From Sphingopyxis sp. BSN-002 (GTDB lineage: Bacteria; Pseudomonadota; Alphaproteobacteria; Sphingomonadales; Sphingomonadaceae), in NCBI RefSeq assembly GCF_022024275.1, contig NZ_CP091804.1, forward strand, positions 3,700,198 through 3,732,098: 31,901 nucleotides of DNA, read 5' to 3'. Below are positions 9,298 through 17,662 of the stretch, one piece after another (the first letter of the stretch is position 1; each line of letters opens with the position of its first letter). The translations under genes were made by a program, and so were the position numbers. The notes beneath the pieces were generated by a model. It worked only from the letters and a program-made list of their open reading frames with translations, made no database searches and was not told where the DNA came from.

Positions 9298-10695
9298 ATG
9301 GCGGAGGGGGACGTCGCCCCGGTGGTCGAGGCCGATCCGGCAAAACCGGTCGCGCTGACAAGCCGCATCACGGGGTCGCTGACGCGGCGCATGATCGCGA
9401 TCGCGGCGCTGTGGATTTCGGTGCTGCTGATCGGCGGCGGCTTCGCGCTCGACCGGGTGCTGACCGGCGCGATCACGCGCAACTTCGATTCGAGCCTCGA
9501 ATATGTGCTGATCGCGATGATCCGTTCGTCGGAGATCGGCCCCGACGGCGAGGTGCGGCTGATCGAGCCGCTCGGCGACCAGCGTTTCCTCGAACCCTAT
9601 AGCGGGCTCTATTGGCAGATCAGCGGCGGGGGGCAGGAGCCCTATCGCTCGCGCTCGCTGTGGGAACGCACGCTGAAGCCCCCGCGCGCCCATATCGACA
9701 ATGTGCTTCACACCTATAACAGCAACCAGTTTCCCGACGAGGAACTGCGCGTTCTCGAGCGCAACGTCATCCTGCCGGGCAGCAAGACGAGCTGGCGCTT
9801 CCAGATCGCGCAGTCGCGCGAGGCGCTCGACCTTCAGATCGGAGCGGTGCGCGCGACCCTGATCCCCAGCCTCGGGCTGCTCGGGCTGGGGCTCATCATC
9901 CTCGCGGCGCTCCAGACCTTCTACGGCCTGCTGCCGCTGCGCCAGATCCGCCGCGCGATCGCCGCGATGCGCGGGGGGCAGCATCGCCGCATCACCGCGC
10001 CGTTGCCGCTGGAGGTCCAGCCGATGGTCGACGAGCTGAATGCGCTGCTCGCGCATAACGAGAAGCAGGCGGAGGAGGCGCGGCTGCACGCCGGCAACCT
10101 CGCGCATGCACTGAAGACGCCGCTGACGGTGCTGGTGAACAGCGCGGCGGGTTCGGACAGCGAGCTTGCCGGGACGGTCCGGCGCGAGGCGGCGACGATG
10201 CAGCGCCAGGTCGATCACCATCTCGCCCGCGCCCGCGCGGTGGGTCGCCGCGGCGCGGCGCAGGCGCGCGCGAACATCCGCGAAAGCGTCGACAGCGTGT
10301 CGCGCGCGGTCGGGCTGCTCTATCCGAACGCACGGCTCGACGCGTCGGGCGACAAGGCGCTCGTCGCGCGCGTCGAACGGCAGGACCTCGACGAGCTGAT
10401 CGGCAACCTGCTGGAGAATGCGGCCAAATATGGCGGCGGCAGCGTCTTCGTCACCGTCCAGCGCGAAGGCGCGATGGCCGAGATACTCGTCGAGGACGAC
10501 GGCCCCGGGATTTCGCCCGCCGACCGCCAGCGCATCTTCGACCGCGGCGTGCGGCTCGACAGCGGCAAGCCGGGGACGGGGCTGGGGCTGGCGATCGTCC
10601 GCGATGTGGCAGAGATTTACGGGGGAAGTATTGCGCTCGAGGAGAGCGAGGATCTGGGCGGGCTACTGGTACGGTTGAGACTGCCGGCGGGGTAG
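9298..10695 (+). CDS. sensor histidine kinase (two TM segments, HAMP, HisKA, HATPase_c)
   Basis: 465 aa. H-box HAGNLAHALKTPLT, N-box LLENAAKYG, G1 DDGPGI and G2 GTGLGLAIV. The gene starts 4 nt after the response regulator stop. Confidence 0.9.
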   Translation: MAEGDVAPVVEADPAKPVALTSRITGSLTRRMIAIAALWISVLLIGGGFALDRVLTGAITRNFDSSLEYVLIAMIRSSEIGPDGEVRLIEPLGDQRFLEPYSGLYWQISGGGQEPYRSRSLWERTLKPPRAHIDNVLHTYNSNQFPDEELRVLERNVILPGSKTSWRFQIAQSREALDLQIGAVRATLIPSLGLLGLGLIILAALQTFYGLLPLRQIRRAIAAMRGGQHRRITAPLPLEVQPMVDELNALLAHNEKQAEEARLHAGNLAHALKTPLTVLVNSAAGSDSELAGTVRREAATMQRQVDHHLARARAVGRRGAAQARANIRESVDSVSRAVGLLYPNARLDASGDKALVARVERQDLDELIGNLLENAAKYGGGSVFVTVQREGAMAEILVEDDGPGISPADRQRIFDRGVRLDSGKPGTGLGLAIVRDVAEIYGGSIALEESEDLGGLLVRLRLPAG

Positions 10696-10722
10696 GTCTG
10701 CTTTGGGGTGGGAAGCGGACGT
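10694..10722 (+). repeat. short intergenic repeat family A, copy 1 (AGGTCTGCTTTGGGGTGGGAAGCGGACGT)
   Basis: 25/29 identical to 31087..31115. Its 3' part recurs at 31779..31796 and 8128..8138. It begins inside the histidine kinase stop codon. Confidence 0.7.
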
Positions 10723-10738
10723 AAAGGGCATCGCGGTG

Positions 10739-11191
10739 TCAGCGCAGATTTGGTGAAAGCTCCATTTGAGGAAATTCACTGCGCCCAGTACCTCGCAGAC
10801 CCGCCCTTCCCCAGACGAATGGTACCAACTGCCGCATCATCTTGCCTTCAACGTCTTTGAAGCCACCAAGAATGTGAATGATAGCTTCGTTCGGACCGTT
10901 GCAGCCGATCTCGATGCGGTCCAGAACGCGGAGGGGCGCAACGGCTGAATTGATCACCGCACGATCATCACTCGAAAGCAGGCGCGAAAATCCATCAATC
11001 TCAACAACAGACACCACAAAGTCTTTTCGCTCGAACTCCGCCGTCACCCTGCCTCCGTCGGGACAGACGACAGACACACGGTGGCTGTTGGCGATAGGGT
11101 ACTGGGCTGACCAATCCTCTATTGCAGTAGGCGGTGGTGGCGGCGGAGCCGACTGCGCTAAAGCCGCAGAAATCATGTGAACCAGAAGCAA
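10739..11191 (-). CDS. hypothetical secreted protein (orphan; polyproline tract after the signal peptide)
   Basis: 150-aa ORF with a TTG start preceded by AGGAGG 8 nt upstream and an in-frame TAA just before that. A short signal-like N-terminus (MLLVHMISAALAQS) is followed by APPPPPPP. The DNA is visibly A/T-richer than its neighbours. I recognise no family. Confidence 0.55.
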   Translation of the reverse strand: MLLVHMISAALAQSAPPPPPPTAIEDWSAQYPIANSHRVSVVCPDGGRVTAEFERKDFVVSVVEIDGFSRLLSSDDRAVINSAVAPLRVLDRIEIGCNGPNEAIIHILGGFKDVEGKMMRQLVPFVWGRAGLRGTGRSEFPQMELSPNLR

Positions 11192-11269
11192 TGAAGCGGC
11201 CTCCTGCGGGAACCTTTAACAGACGCCATATCGGCGGAGTGCCCACATTGGCAACGACATAGCGATCGG

Positions 11270-11284
11270 CTGCAATCGGTCGGA
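11270..11284 (+). repeat. short intergenic repeat family B, copy 1 (CTGCAATCGGTCGGA)
   Basis: The core GCAATCGGTCG also occurs at 31725..31738 and 31888..31901. Confidence 0.5.
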
Positions 11285-11300
11285 AGCTGTCACTACGCCG

Positions 11301-11996
11301 TCAGGCTGAGCAAACCACCAGCCCGCGCTGCACTGCGGGACGCGCGAGGCCGCGGTCCAGCCACGCCTGCACATGTTTGAACCGCTCGAAGCCGACGATC
11401 TCGGCGGCGTCGTAAAAGCCGATCAGGTTGCGCACCCAGCCGAGCAGCGAGATGTCGGCGATGCTGTATTCTTCGCCCATGATCCACGTCCGCCCGTCAA
11501 GACGGCCGTCGAGCACGCCGAGCAGCCGCGCGGATTCGGCCGCGTAGCGGTCGCGCGGACGCTTGTCCTCATAGTCGCGGCCGGCGAATTTGTGGAAGAA
11601 GCCGAGCTGCCCGAAGATCGGACCCGCGCCGCCCATTTGCCACATCAGCCACTGGATCGCCTCGTAACGGCGGCCCGGATCCTCGGGCAGGAAGCGGTCG
11701 GTCTTGTCGGCGAGATAGATCAGGATCGCGCCCGATTCGAACAGCGCCAGCGGCTTGCCGCCCGGTCCGTCGGGATCATAGATCGCGGGAATCTTGCCGT
11801 TCGGATTGAGGGACAGGAAGGCGGGGTCGTGGCTTTCGTTCGCCATGATGTCGACGCGGTGCGCTTCGTACGGCAGGCCGCATTCCTCCAGCATGATGCT
11901 GACCTTCACGCCGTTCGGGGTCGGCGCACCGAACAGTTGCAACCGGTCGGGATGTTCGGCGGGCCATTTGGCGAAGATCGGGTGGTCCATGGTCAT
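11301..11996 (-). CDS. glutathione S-transferase, YfcG/YghU-like (Nu class)
   Basis: Track ORF 11301..12326 is over-extended; I start at MTMDHPIF (ATG 11996..11994). The blocks LFGAPTPNGVKVSIMLEE, NPNGKIPAI, LFESGAILIYLA and QWLMWQMGGAGPIFGQ align with my memory of E. coli YfcG. Confidence 0.85.
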   Translation of the reverse strand: MTMDHPIFAKWPAEHPDRLQLFGAPTPNGVKVSIMLEECGLPYEAHRVDIMANESHDPAFLSLNPNGKIPAIYDPDGPGGKPLALFESGAILIYLADKTDRFLPEDPGRRYEAIQWLMWQMGGAGPIFGQLGFFHKFAGRDYEDKRPRDRYAAESARLLGVLDGRLDGRTWIMGEEYSIADISLLGWVRNLIGFYDAAEIVGFERFKHVQAWLDRGLARPAVQRGLVVCSA

Positions 11997-12277
11997 GCGT
12001 CCTGCTCCCGCTTGGCTTTTTGATGGTGGCGGATCACCTCGTCGATGATGAAGCGCAGGAATTTCTCGGTGAAATCGGGGTCGAGGTCGGCGTCGCGCGC
12101 CAGTTCGCGCAGCCGCCCGATCTGGCGCTCTTCGCGGCCGGGGTCGGCGGGGGGCAGGCCGTCGCGGGCTTTCAGCTCGCCGACCGCCTTCGTCACCTTG
12201 AACCGCTCGGCCAGCATATAGACGAGCGCGGCATCGATATTGTCGATGCTCTGGCGGTAACGGCTGAGTTCGTCCAT
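11993..12277 (-). CDS. chorismate mutase (monofunctional AroQ type)
   Basis: The start is re-picked to MDELSRYRQSIDNIDAALVYMLAERF (ATG 12277..12275) with GAGGAG upstream. This matches the AroQ helix-1 signature (R...ID.ID..L..LL..R). Its stop overlaps the GST start (ATGA). Confidence 0.8.
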   Translation of the reverse strand: MDELSRYRQSIDNIDAALVYMLAERFKVTKAVGELKARDGLPPADPGREERQIGRLRELARDADLDPDFTEKFLRFIIDEVIRHHQKAKREQDA

Positions 12278-12381
12278 GCGCGGCTCCTCTGATGTCCCGA
12301 ACGCTTGGCACCGCGCGGGGCCGCAAGGCAAGCCGAAAGTCGTTGCAAATTTATGGCCCTCCGGCCAATGCGGCGCTTGCT

Positions 12382-13395
12382 ATGACTGCCGAGATCCACC
12401 AGCTCCACGGCGACCGCCCGCCCTCGCTCGACCCGATGATGGCGCTTGTCGCCGCCGATATGAACGAGGTGAATGCGGTCATTCTCGACCGGATGCAGTC
12501 CGAAGTTCCGCTGATCCCCGAACTCGCCGGGCATCTGATCGCGGGCGGCGGCAAGCGGATGCGCCCGATGCTGACGCTGGCGTGCGGCAAGCTGCTCGAT
12601 TATCCGGGCCGCCGTCACTGCAAGCTCGCCGCCGCGGTCGAGTTTATCCATACCGCGACGCTGCTCCACGACGATGTCGTCGACAAGTCGGACCTGCGCC
12701 GCGGCCGCAAGACCGCTAACATCATCTGGGGCAACAGCGCCTCGGTGCTCGTCGGCGACTTCCTGTTCAGCCGCGCTTTCGAGGTGATGGTCGAGGACGG
12801 CTCGCTGAAGGTGCTCAAGATCCTGAGCCGTGCCTCGGCGGTGATCGCCGAGGGCGAGGTCAACCAGCTCTCGGCGCAGCGCCGGATCGAGACGAGCGAG
12901 GACCAGTATCTCGCGATCATCAATGCCAAGACCGCCGAGCTGTTCGCCGCGGCGTGCAAGATCGCCGCGGTCGTCGCCGAGCGCGACGACGCTGCCGAAG
13001 CCGCGCTCGACGCCTATGGCCGCAACCTCGGCATCGCCTTCCAGCTCGTCGACGATGCGATCGACTATGTTTCCGACGAGGAAACGATGGGGAAGGGGGT
13101 CGGCGACGACTTCCGCGACGGCAAGGTCACGCTGCCCGTCATCCTCGCCTATGCGCGCGGCAGTGCCGAGGAGCGCGAGTTCTGGAAGCAGGCGATCGTC
13201 GGGCACAAGACGTCGGACGAAGATCTGGCCCATGCCAAGTCGCTGCTGCTGAAGCATGACACCATCGCCGACACGCTCGCGCGGGCGCGCCATTATGGCC
13301 AGCGCGCGGTCGACGCGATCGGCGGCTTTCCGACGAGCCAGGCGAAGTCGGCGCTGACCGAAGCGGTCGCCTTCGCGGTCGCGCGCGCTTATTGA
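12382..13395 (+). CDS. ispB: polyprenyl (octaprenyl-type) diphosphate synthase
   Basis: The start is re-picked to MTAEIHQL. Both aspartate-rich motifs are present, LLHDDVVDKSDLRRG and FQLVDDAIDY. Chain-length specificity is not determinable by eye. Confidence 0.85.
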   Translation: MTAEIHQLHGDRPPSLDPMMALVAADMNEVNAVILDRMQSEVPLIPELAGHLIAGGGKRMRPMLTLACGKLLDYPGRRHCKLAAAVEFIHTATLLHDDVVDKSDLRRGRKTANIIWGNSASVLVGDFLFSRAFEVMVEDGSLKVLKILSRASAVIAEGEVNQLSAQRRIETSEDQYLAIINAKTAELFAAACKIAAVVAERDDAAEAALDAYGRNLGIAFQLVDDAIDYVSDEETMGKGVGDDFRDGKVTLPVILAYARGSAEEREFWKQAIVGHKTSDEDLAHAKSLLLKHDTIADTLARARHYGQRAVDAIGGFPTSQAKSALTEAVAFAVARAY

Positions 13396-13405
13396 GGCGC
13401 CGCCG

Positions 13406-13792
13406 ATGGCGATGATGGGCCCAGCGGCGGACAGCCCCGATGCCTATATCGCCGCGCTTTCGGGCTGGCAGCGCGAACGATGCACGATGATGCGCGCCGC
13501 GATCATGGGAGCCGCTCCCTTCGAGGAAACCATCAAATGGACCAACCTCGTCTTCATGGCGAACGGCCCGTGCATCCTGATCCGCGCCGAGGAGCATCGC
13601 GTGCTGCTGGGCTTCTGGCGCGGAAAGCGGCTGCGCGACGTCGATCCGCGGATCAAGGCCAGCGGCAAATATGAGCTCGGCAATCTGGTGATGACCGGGG
13701 CGACCGAGGTGACGGCCGAGCAGGTCGCGAAACTTGCGGCCGAGGCGTATCGGCTCAACCTCGAACTGGGCAACCCCGCGGCGCGCGCATGA
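13406..13792 (+). CDS. DUF1801 (YdhG-like) domain protein
   Basis: 128 aa. The blocks YIAAL..WQRE, ETIKWTNLVF and HRVLLGFWRGKRL resemble my memory of the DUF1801 family. The stop overlaps the hrpB ATG (ATGA at 13789). Confidence 0.6.
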   Translation: MAMMGPAADSPDAYIAALSGWQRERCTMMRAAIMGAAPFEETIKWTNLVFMANGPCILIRAEEHRVLLGFWRGKRLRDVDPRIKASGKYELGNLVMTGATEVTAEQVAKLAAEAYRLNLELGNPAARA

Positions 13793-16257
13793 CGAAAATC
13801 CCGCTGCCGATCGATCAAGTGCTGCCCGACATCATGGCGGCGCTCGTGCTCAAGCCGAATGTCGTGGTGGTCGCGCCGCCGGGGGCGGGCAAGACGACGC
13901 GCGTCGCGCCCGCGATGCTCGACCAGCCATGGTGCAAGGGCAATGTGTGGCTGCTGTCGCCGCGCAGGCTCGCGGCGCGCGCTGCGGCCGAGCGGATCGC
14001 CGAAGAGATGGGCGAGGCGGTCGGCGGCAAGGTCGGCTACGCCACGCGCCTCGACAGCAAGCAATCGGCGGCGACGCGACTTCTGGTGATGACGCCGGGG
14101 CTGTTCCGCAACCGCATCCTCTCCGACCCCGAACTCGCGGGCGTGTCGGCGGTGCTGTTCGACGAGGTTCACGAGCGCAGCCTCGACGGCGACTTCGCGC
14201 TCGCGCTGGCGATCGACGCGCAGCAGGGGCTTCGCGACGACCTGCGGCTCGTCGCCATGTCGGCGACGCTCGACGGCGCGCGCTTCGGCGCGCTGCTCGG
14301 TAATGCCCCGGTCGTGAAAAGCGAAGGAAAGAGCTGGCCGCTCGATCTGCGCCATATCGGCCGCCGCGCCGAGGATCGGCTGGAAGCATCGGTATTGCTC
14401 GCGGTCCGGCAGGCGATGGCCGATGAACCCGAAGGCGATATGCTGGCGTTCCTTCCCGGCGCCGCCGATATCGAGCGTGCCGCCGCGGCCGTCGAAGCCG
14501 CGGGGCTGCCGCTCGTCGTTCACCGGCTGCATGGTCAGATCGACCCGGCGCAACAGCGGAAAGCGCTCGTCCGCGATCCCGACGGAGGGCGCAAGCTGAT
14601 CCTCGCGACGAGCATCGCCGAAACGAGCCTGACGATCGAGGGTGTGCGTATCGTGATCGACGCCGGGCTGTCGCGGCGGCCGCGCTTCGACAAGGCGGCG
14701 GGTATCGCACGCCTCGTCACCGAGCGCGCGAGCCAGGCGTCGGCGACGCAGCGCGCCGGTCGTGCGGCACGGCAGGGGCCGGGGGTCGCCTATCGCCTGT
14801 GGGAAGCCGCGGCGACCGCGGGCATGCCGCCGTTCGATCCGCCCGAAATCCACGAGAACGACCTGATGCCCGTCGTGCTCGACTGCGCGAGCTGGGGCAT
14901 CGTCGATCCGCGCCAGCTCGGCTGGCTCGATCCGCCATCGCCCGCGTCGATTTCGGAAGCCAAGGCGCGGTTGCAGGCAATCGGAGCGCTCGGCGACGAC
15001 GGCCGCATCACCGCACACGGCAAGGCGCTCGCGTCGATCCCGTTACCGGTGCCGCTCGCGCATATGCTGCTCGATGCGGCGCGGGCGGGGGAGGCGGATC
15101 TTGCGGCGAAGCTGGCTGTGCTGCTCACCGAGCCCGGACTCGGCGGGCGCGGGGTCGATGTCGAGGCGCGATTGCAGCGCTGGAAGAACATGCGCGGCGA
15201 TCGCTCCGAAGGCGCATGGCGACTGGCGCGTCGGCTGGCCGACCTTGGCGAGAAGTCGGCATCCGGGGAGGGCAGGCTGGGCGAACGCTCGGTCGGCGGG
15301 TGGATCGCGACCGCTTGGCCCGACCGCGTGGCGCGCCAGCGTGCGGGCCAACGCGGCGAATATCTGAGCGCGGGTGGCCGCGCCTACAAGCTCGACCCGC
15401 TTGATCCGCTGGCGAACAGCGAATGGCTCGCGATCGCCGATGCGCAGGGGCATGCCGCCGGTGTGCGCATCCTCGGCGCGGCGCCGATCGCATTGGCCGA
15501 GGTCGAGGCGATCTTTGCGGGGCAGATCGAAAGCCGGTCGGCGAGCCGTTACGATGCAACAAGCGACCGCGTCGACCATCGCCGCGAACGCCGCCTTGGC
15601 GCCATCGCGCTGTCGAGCGGGCAGACCGGCCGGAACGAGGGCGCCGAGGATGACGTCGCGGTGCGGCTGGCGGCTGTGCGCGAGAAGGGACTGGGCCTGA
15701 TCGGCTGGGGACCGGTGTCGCATGCGCTGCGCCAGCGGGCGTCGTTCGCGGGGCTGGATGCGCTCTCGGCACCCGCGCTTGCCGACAGCCTCGACATCTG
15801 GCTTGCGCCTCTGCTCGAAAAATCGCGCGGGCTTCGCGACATCGGCGATCAGCGGCTGGCGGACGCACTGTCGGGCCTGCTCGACTGGCCCGCGCGGCAA
15901 TTGCTCGAAAAGCTCGCGCCCGCCGATTTCTCGACGCCGGCGGGAAGTCGTCATGCGATCGATTATGGTGCCGATGGCGGGCCGACGGTCAGCGTGCGCG
16001 TGCAGGAAATGTTCGGGCTGGCGCGCCATCCGGTGATCGGCGACCCGCCGGTCCCGCTCGTCCTTGCGCTGACCTCGCCGGCGCACCGGCCGATCCAGAC
16101 CAGCCGCGACATTGCGAGCTTCTGGAGCGGCAGCTGGTCCGAGGTCGCGAAGGAGATGCGCGGCCGCTATCCCAAGCATAGCTGGCCCGACGATCCGGCG
16201 AATGCGCGGCCGACGCTGTTGACCAAAGCGGCGCAGGCGCGGCGCGACGGGCAATAG
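13789..16257 (+). CDS. hrpB: ATP-dependent RNA helicase HrpB (DEAH box)
   Basis: 822 aa with Walker A APPGAGKTT, a DEVHERS (DEAH-type) box, SATLD and a QRAGRAAR motif VI. The length matches HrpB. Confidence 0.9.
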   Translation: MTKIPLPIDQVLPDIMAALVLKPNVVVVAPPGAGKTTRVAPAMLDQPWCKGNVWLLSPRRLAARAAAERIAEEMGEAVGGKVGYATRLDSKQSAATRLLVMTPGLFRNRILSDPELAGVSAVLFDEVHERSLDGDFALALAIDAQQGLRDDLRLVAMSATLDGARFGALLGNAPVVKSEGKSWPLDLRHIGRRAEDRLEASVLLAVRQAMADEPEGDMLAFLPGAADIERAAAAVEAAGLPLVVHRLHGQIDPAQQRKALVRDPDGGRKLILATSIAETSLTIEGVRIVIDAGLSRRPRFDKAAGIARLVTERASQASATQRAGRAARQGPGVAYRLWEAAATAGMPPFDPPEIHENDLMPVVLDCASWGIVDPRQLGWLDPPSPASISEAKARLQAIGALGDDGRITAHGKALASIPLPVPLAHMLLDAARAGEADLAAKLAVLLTEPGLGGRGVDVEARLQRWKNMRGDRSEGAWRLARRLADLGEKSASGEGRLGERSVGGWIATAWPDRVARQRAGQRGEYLSAGGRAYKLDPLDPLANSEWLAIADAQGHAAGVRILGAAPIALAEVEAIFAGQIESRSASRYDATSDRVDHRRERRLGAIALSSGQTGRNEGAEDDVAVRLAAVREKGLGLIGWGPVSHALRQRASFAGLDALSAPALADSLDIWLAPLLEKSRGLRDIGDQRLADALSGLLDWPARQLLEKLAPADFSTPAGSRHAIDYGADGGPTVSVRVQEMFGLARHPVIGDPPVPLVLALTSPAHRPIQTSRDIASFWSGSWSEVAKEMRGRYPKHSWPDDPANARPTLLTKAAQARRDGQ

Positions 16258-16323
16258 GCCTCTTTTCGTTGGCAACGCTTCCCGCTAAGGCGGCGGCAGA
16301 AGCATCCAGCAGGACGACCACCG

Positions 16324-16602
16324 ATGAAAGCGCGTATCTTCCAGAAGCCCAAAAATGCGATGCAGTCGGGCCGCGCCGGTACGCAGCGCTGGTTTCTGGA
16401 ATTCGCGCCGACGGAGGCGCGCAAGGCCGATCCGCTGATGGGCTGGGCCGGCAGCGGTGACACGCAGCGCCAGCTTCGTCTGGGCTTCACAACCAGCGAA
16501 GAGGCCGTCGCCTATGCCGAGAAGAACGGGTTCGAGGCCGAAGTGGTGCCGACGCCGGTCCGCACGCTGAAGATCCAGGCCTACGCCGACAACTTCCGTT
16601 GA
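16324..16602 (+). CDS. ETC complex I subunit conserved-region protein (NDUFS4-like)
   Basis: 92 aa: MKARIFQKPKNAMQSGRAGTQRWFLEF...DPLMGWAGSGDT...F.T.EEAVAYAEKNG is the alphaproteobacterial NDUFS4-homologue signature as I recall it. Confidence 0.8.
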   Translation: MKARIFQKPKNAMQSGRAGTQRWFLEFAPTEARKADPLMGWAGSGDTQRQLRLGFTTSEEAVAYAEKNGFEAEVVPTPVRTLKIQAYADNFR

Positions 16603-16610
16603 GATGACAA

Positions 16611-16626
16611 CGGCCCCGAAGGGCCG
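16611..16626. terminator. hairpin CGGCCC-CGAA-GGGCCG between convergent genes (bidirectional terminator candidate)
   Basis: A 6-bp GC stem with a tetraloop, read directly, between stops at 16602 (+) and 16633 (-). Confidence 0.5.
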
Positions 16627-16632
16627 CTGAAA

Positions 16633-16851
16633 TCAGGCTTCGCTTTCCGGCTGCAGCAATTTGTGCAGGTGGACGACGACATATTTCATCTCGGCGTCGT
16701 CGACGGTGCGCTGCGCCGCGCTGCGCCACGCCTTTTCGGCCGATTTATAGTCAGGGAACAGGCCGACGACGTCGAGCGCGTGGAGGTCGACGAAATCGAG
16801 GCCCTGCGGATCGCTGACGCGTCCGCCGAACACGAGGTGCAATTTGCTCAT
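16633..16851 (-). CDS. DUF4170 domain protein
   Basis: 72 aa: MSKLHLVFGGRVSDPQGLDFVDL..LDVVGLFPDYKSAEKAWRSAAQRTVDDAEMKYVVVHLH matches my memory of this small alphaproteobacterial family. AAGGAAAG precedes the ATG. Confidence 0.65.
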   Translation of the reverse strand: MSKLHLVFGGRVSDPQGLDFVDLHALDVVGLFPDYKSAEKAWRSAAQRTVDDAEMKYVVVHLHKLLQPESEA

Positions 16852-16932
16852 GGCTAGCTTTCCTTGCGGGTTAGCGCGGGGAGGGGAGGATGGGCGCCCC
16901 TAACAGCGCTGCGCCGTTACGGCAAGTCCGGC

Positions 16933-17289
16933 TCAATCCTCGTCCTTGCGGCCCTTCGGCAGCAGCGAGCCGAGCAGCGCCCCGATGGCGACGGCGCCCG
17001 CCACGAGCGCGAGCGGCTGCTTCTCGGCGACGTCCTTCAGCTTGCTGTTCGCGCGCTTGGCCTGAACCTTGCCCTTCTCATAGACTTCGCCCGCGACTTC
17101 GCGCGCGGCGTCGGCCTGTTCGCGGCCCTTGGCGGCGAGCTCGCTGGTCGCGGCGCGGGCGCGGCCGTAGCCGTCCTGGATGCGCGCCTTTGCCGCCTCG
17201 GCGGTCGCACGGGCGTTTTCGGCGGTCTTTTCGGCGAGCTCGGTCGCCTTGGCGCGGGCTTCGTTTGCGGTTTCACTCAGCGGCTTCAT
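16933..17289 (-). CDS. tail-anchored DUF883/ElaB-YqjD-like stress protein
   Basis: 118 aa. A long Ala/Glu/Lys-rich helical region is followed by a single C-terminal TM (PLALVAGAVAIGALLGSLL) and a short basic tail. It is the last gene of the 18674->16933 cluster. Confidence 0.6.
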   Translation of the reverse strand: MKPLSETANEARAKATELAEKTAENARATAEAAKARIQDGYGRARAATSELAAKGREQADAAREVAGEVYEKGKVQAKRANSKLKDVAEKQPLALVAGAVAIGALLGSLLPKGRKDED

Positions 17290-17662
17290 TCCGGTCCTCC
17301 GTCAAATCCTCATCGTCCGCGGGGCCTTCGCCCGTAGCAGACTGAAACTTCGCCATGGCCGCATCGGCCAGATCCTGTACCTTTTGCGCGAGCCTCGGCG
17401 CATGCTCCTTGATCGGCTCGCGGAAAATCCATGCGAGCCCCGCGACGGCGGCAAGCGCAATCGGCAGCCGGTTCTCGCGAAACTGGCGTCGCACCACATG
17501 CGCAGCCTCGTCGACCTTCGCGTCGACATTATATTTGCCGCGCGCATAGAGCGCCTTCGGCTTCAACGCCTCTTTCGCGACGTCGAGCCGGCGGTGAAGC
17601 TCGGCGCGCTGGAGCATCGAGCGGCGCGCGGCGTTGATCAGGCGATTGCGGGTTCGCGGCAT
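17273..17662 (-). CDS. single-TM membrane protein, possibly YqjK-like
   Basis: The start is re-picked to MPRTRNRLINAARRSMLQRAELHRRL (ATG 17662..17660), which overlaps the upstream stop (ATGA). It has a central TM (LPIALAAVAGLAWIF) and an acidic C-terminus. The 3' end overlaps the next gene by 17 nt. Confidence 0.5.
   Translation of the reverse strand: MPRTRNRLINAARRSMLQRAELHRRLDVAKEALKPKALYARGKYNVDAKVDEAAHVVRRQFRENRLPIALAAVAGLAWIFREPIKEHAPRLAQKVQDLADAAMAKFQSATGEGPADDEDLTEDRNEAAE

Noticed and set aside
8470-10221. 583-aa minus-strand ORF opposite the two-component system
   Set aside because: It is antisense to a response regulator and a histidine kinase with complete motif sets, and has shadow-ORF composition.
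11997-12326. N-terminal 110-aa extension of the GST ORF
   Set aside because: It overlaps the chorismate mutase gene in another frame and is Arg/Pro-rich. The GST homology starts at MTMDHP.
12193-16275. Minus-strand ORFs 12193..13293, 13444..15018, 13850..14710, 15043..16275 and 15125..15868
   Set aside because: They are antisense or alternative frames of ispB and hrpB and have shadow-ORF composition.
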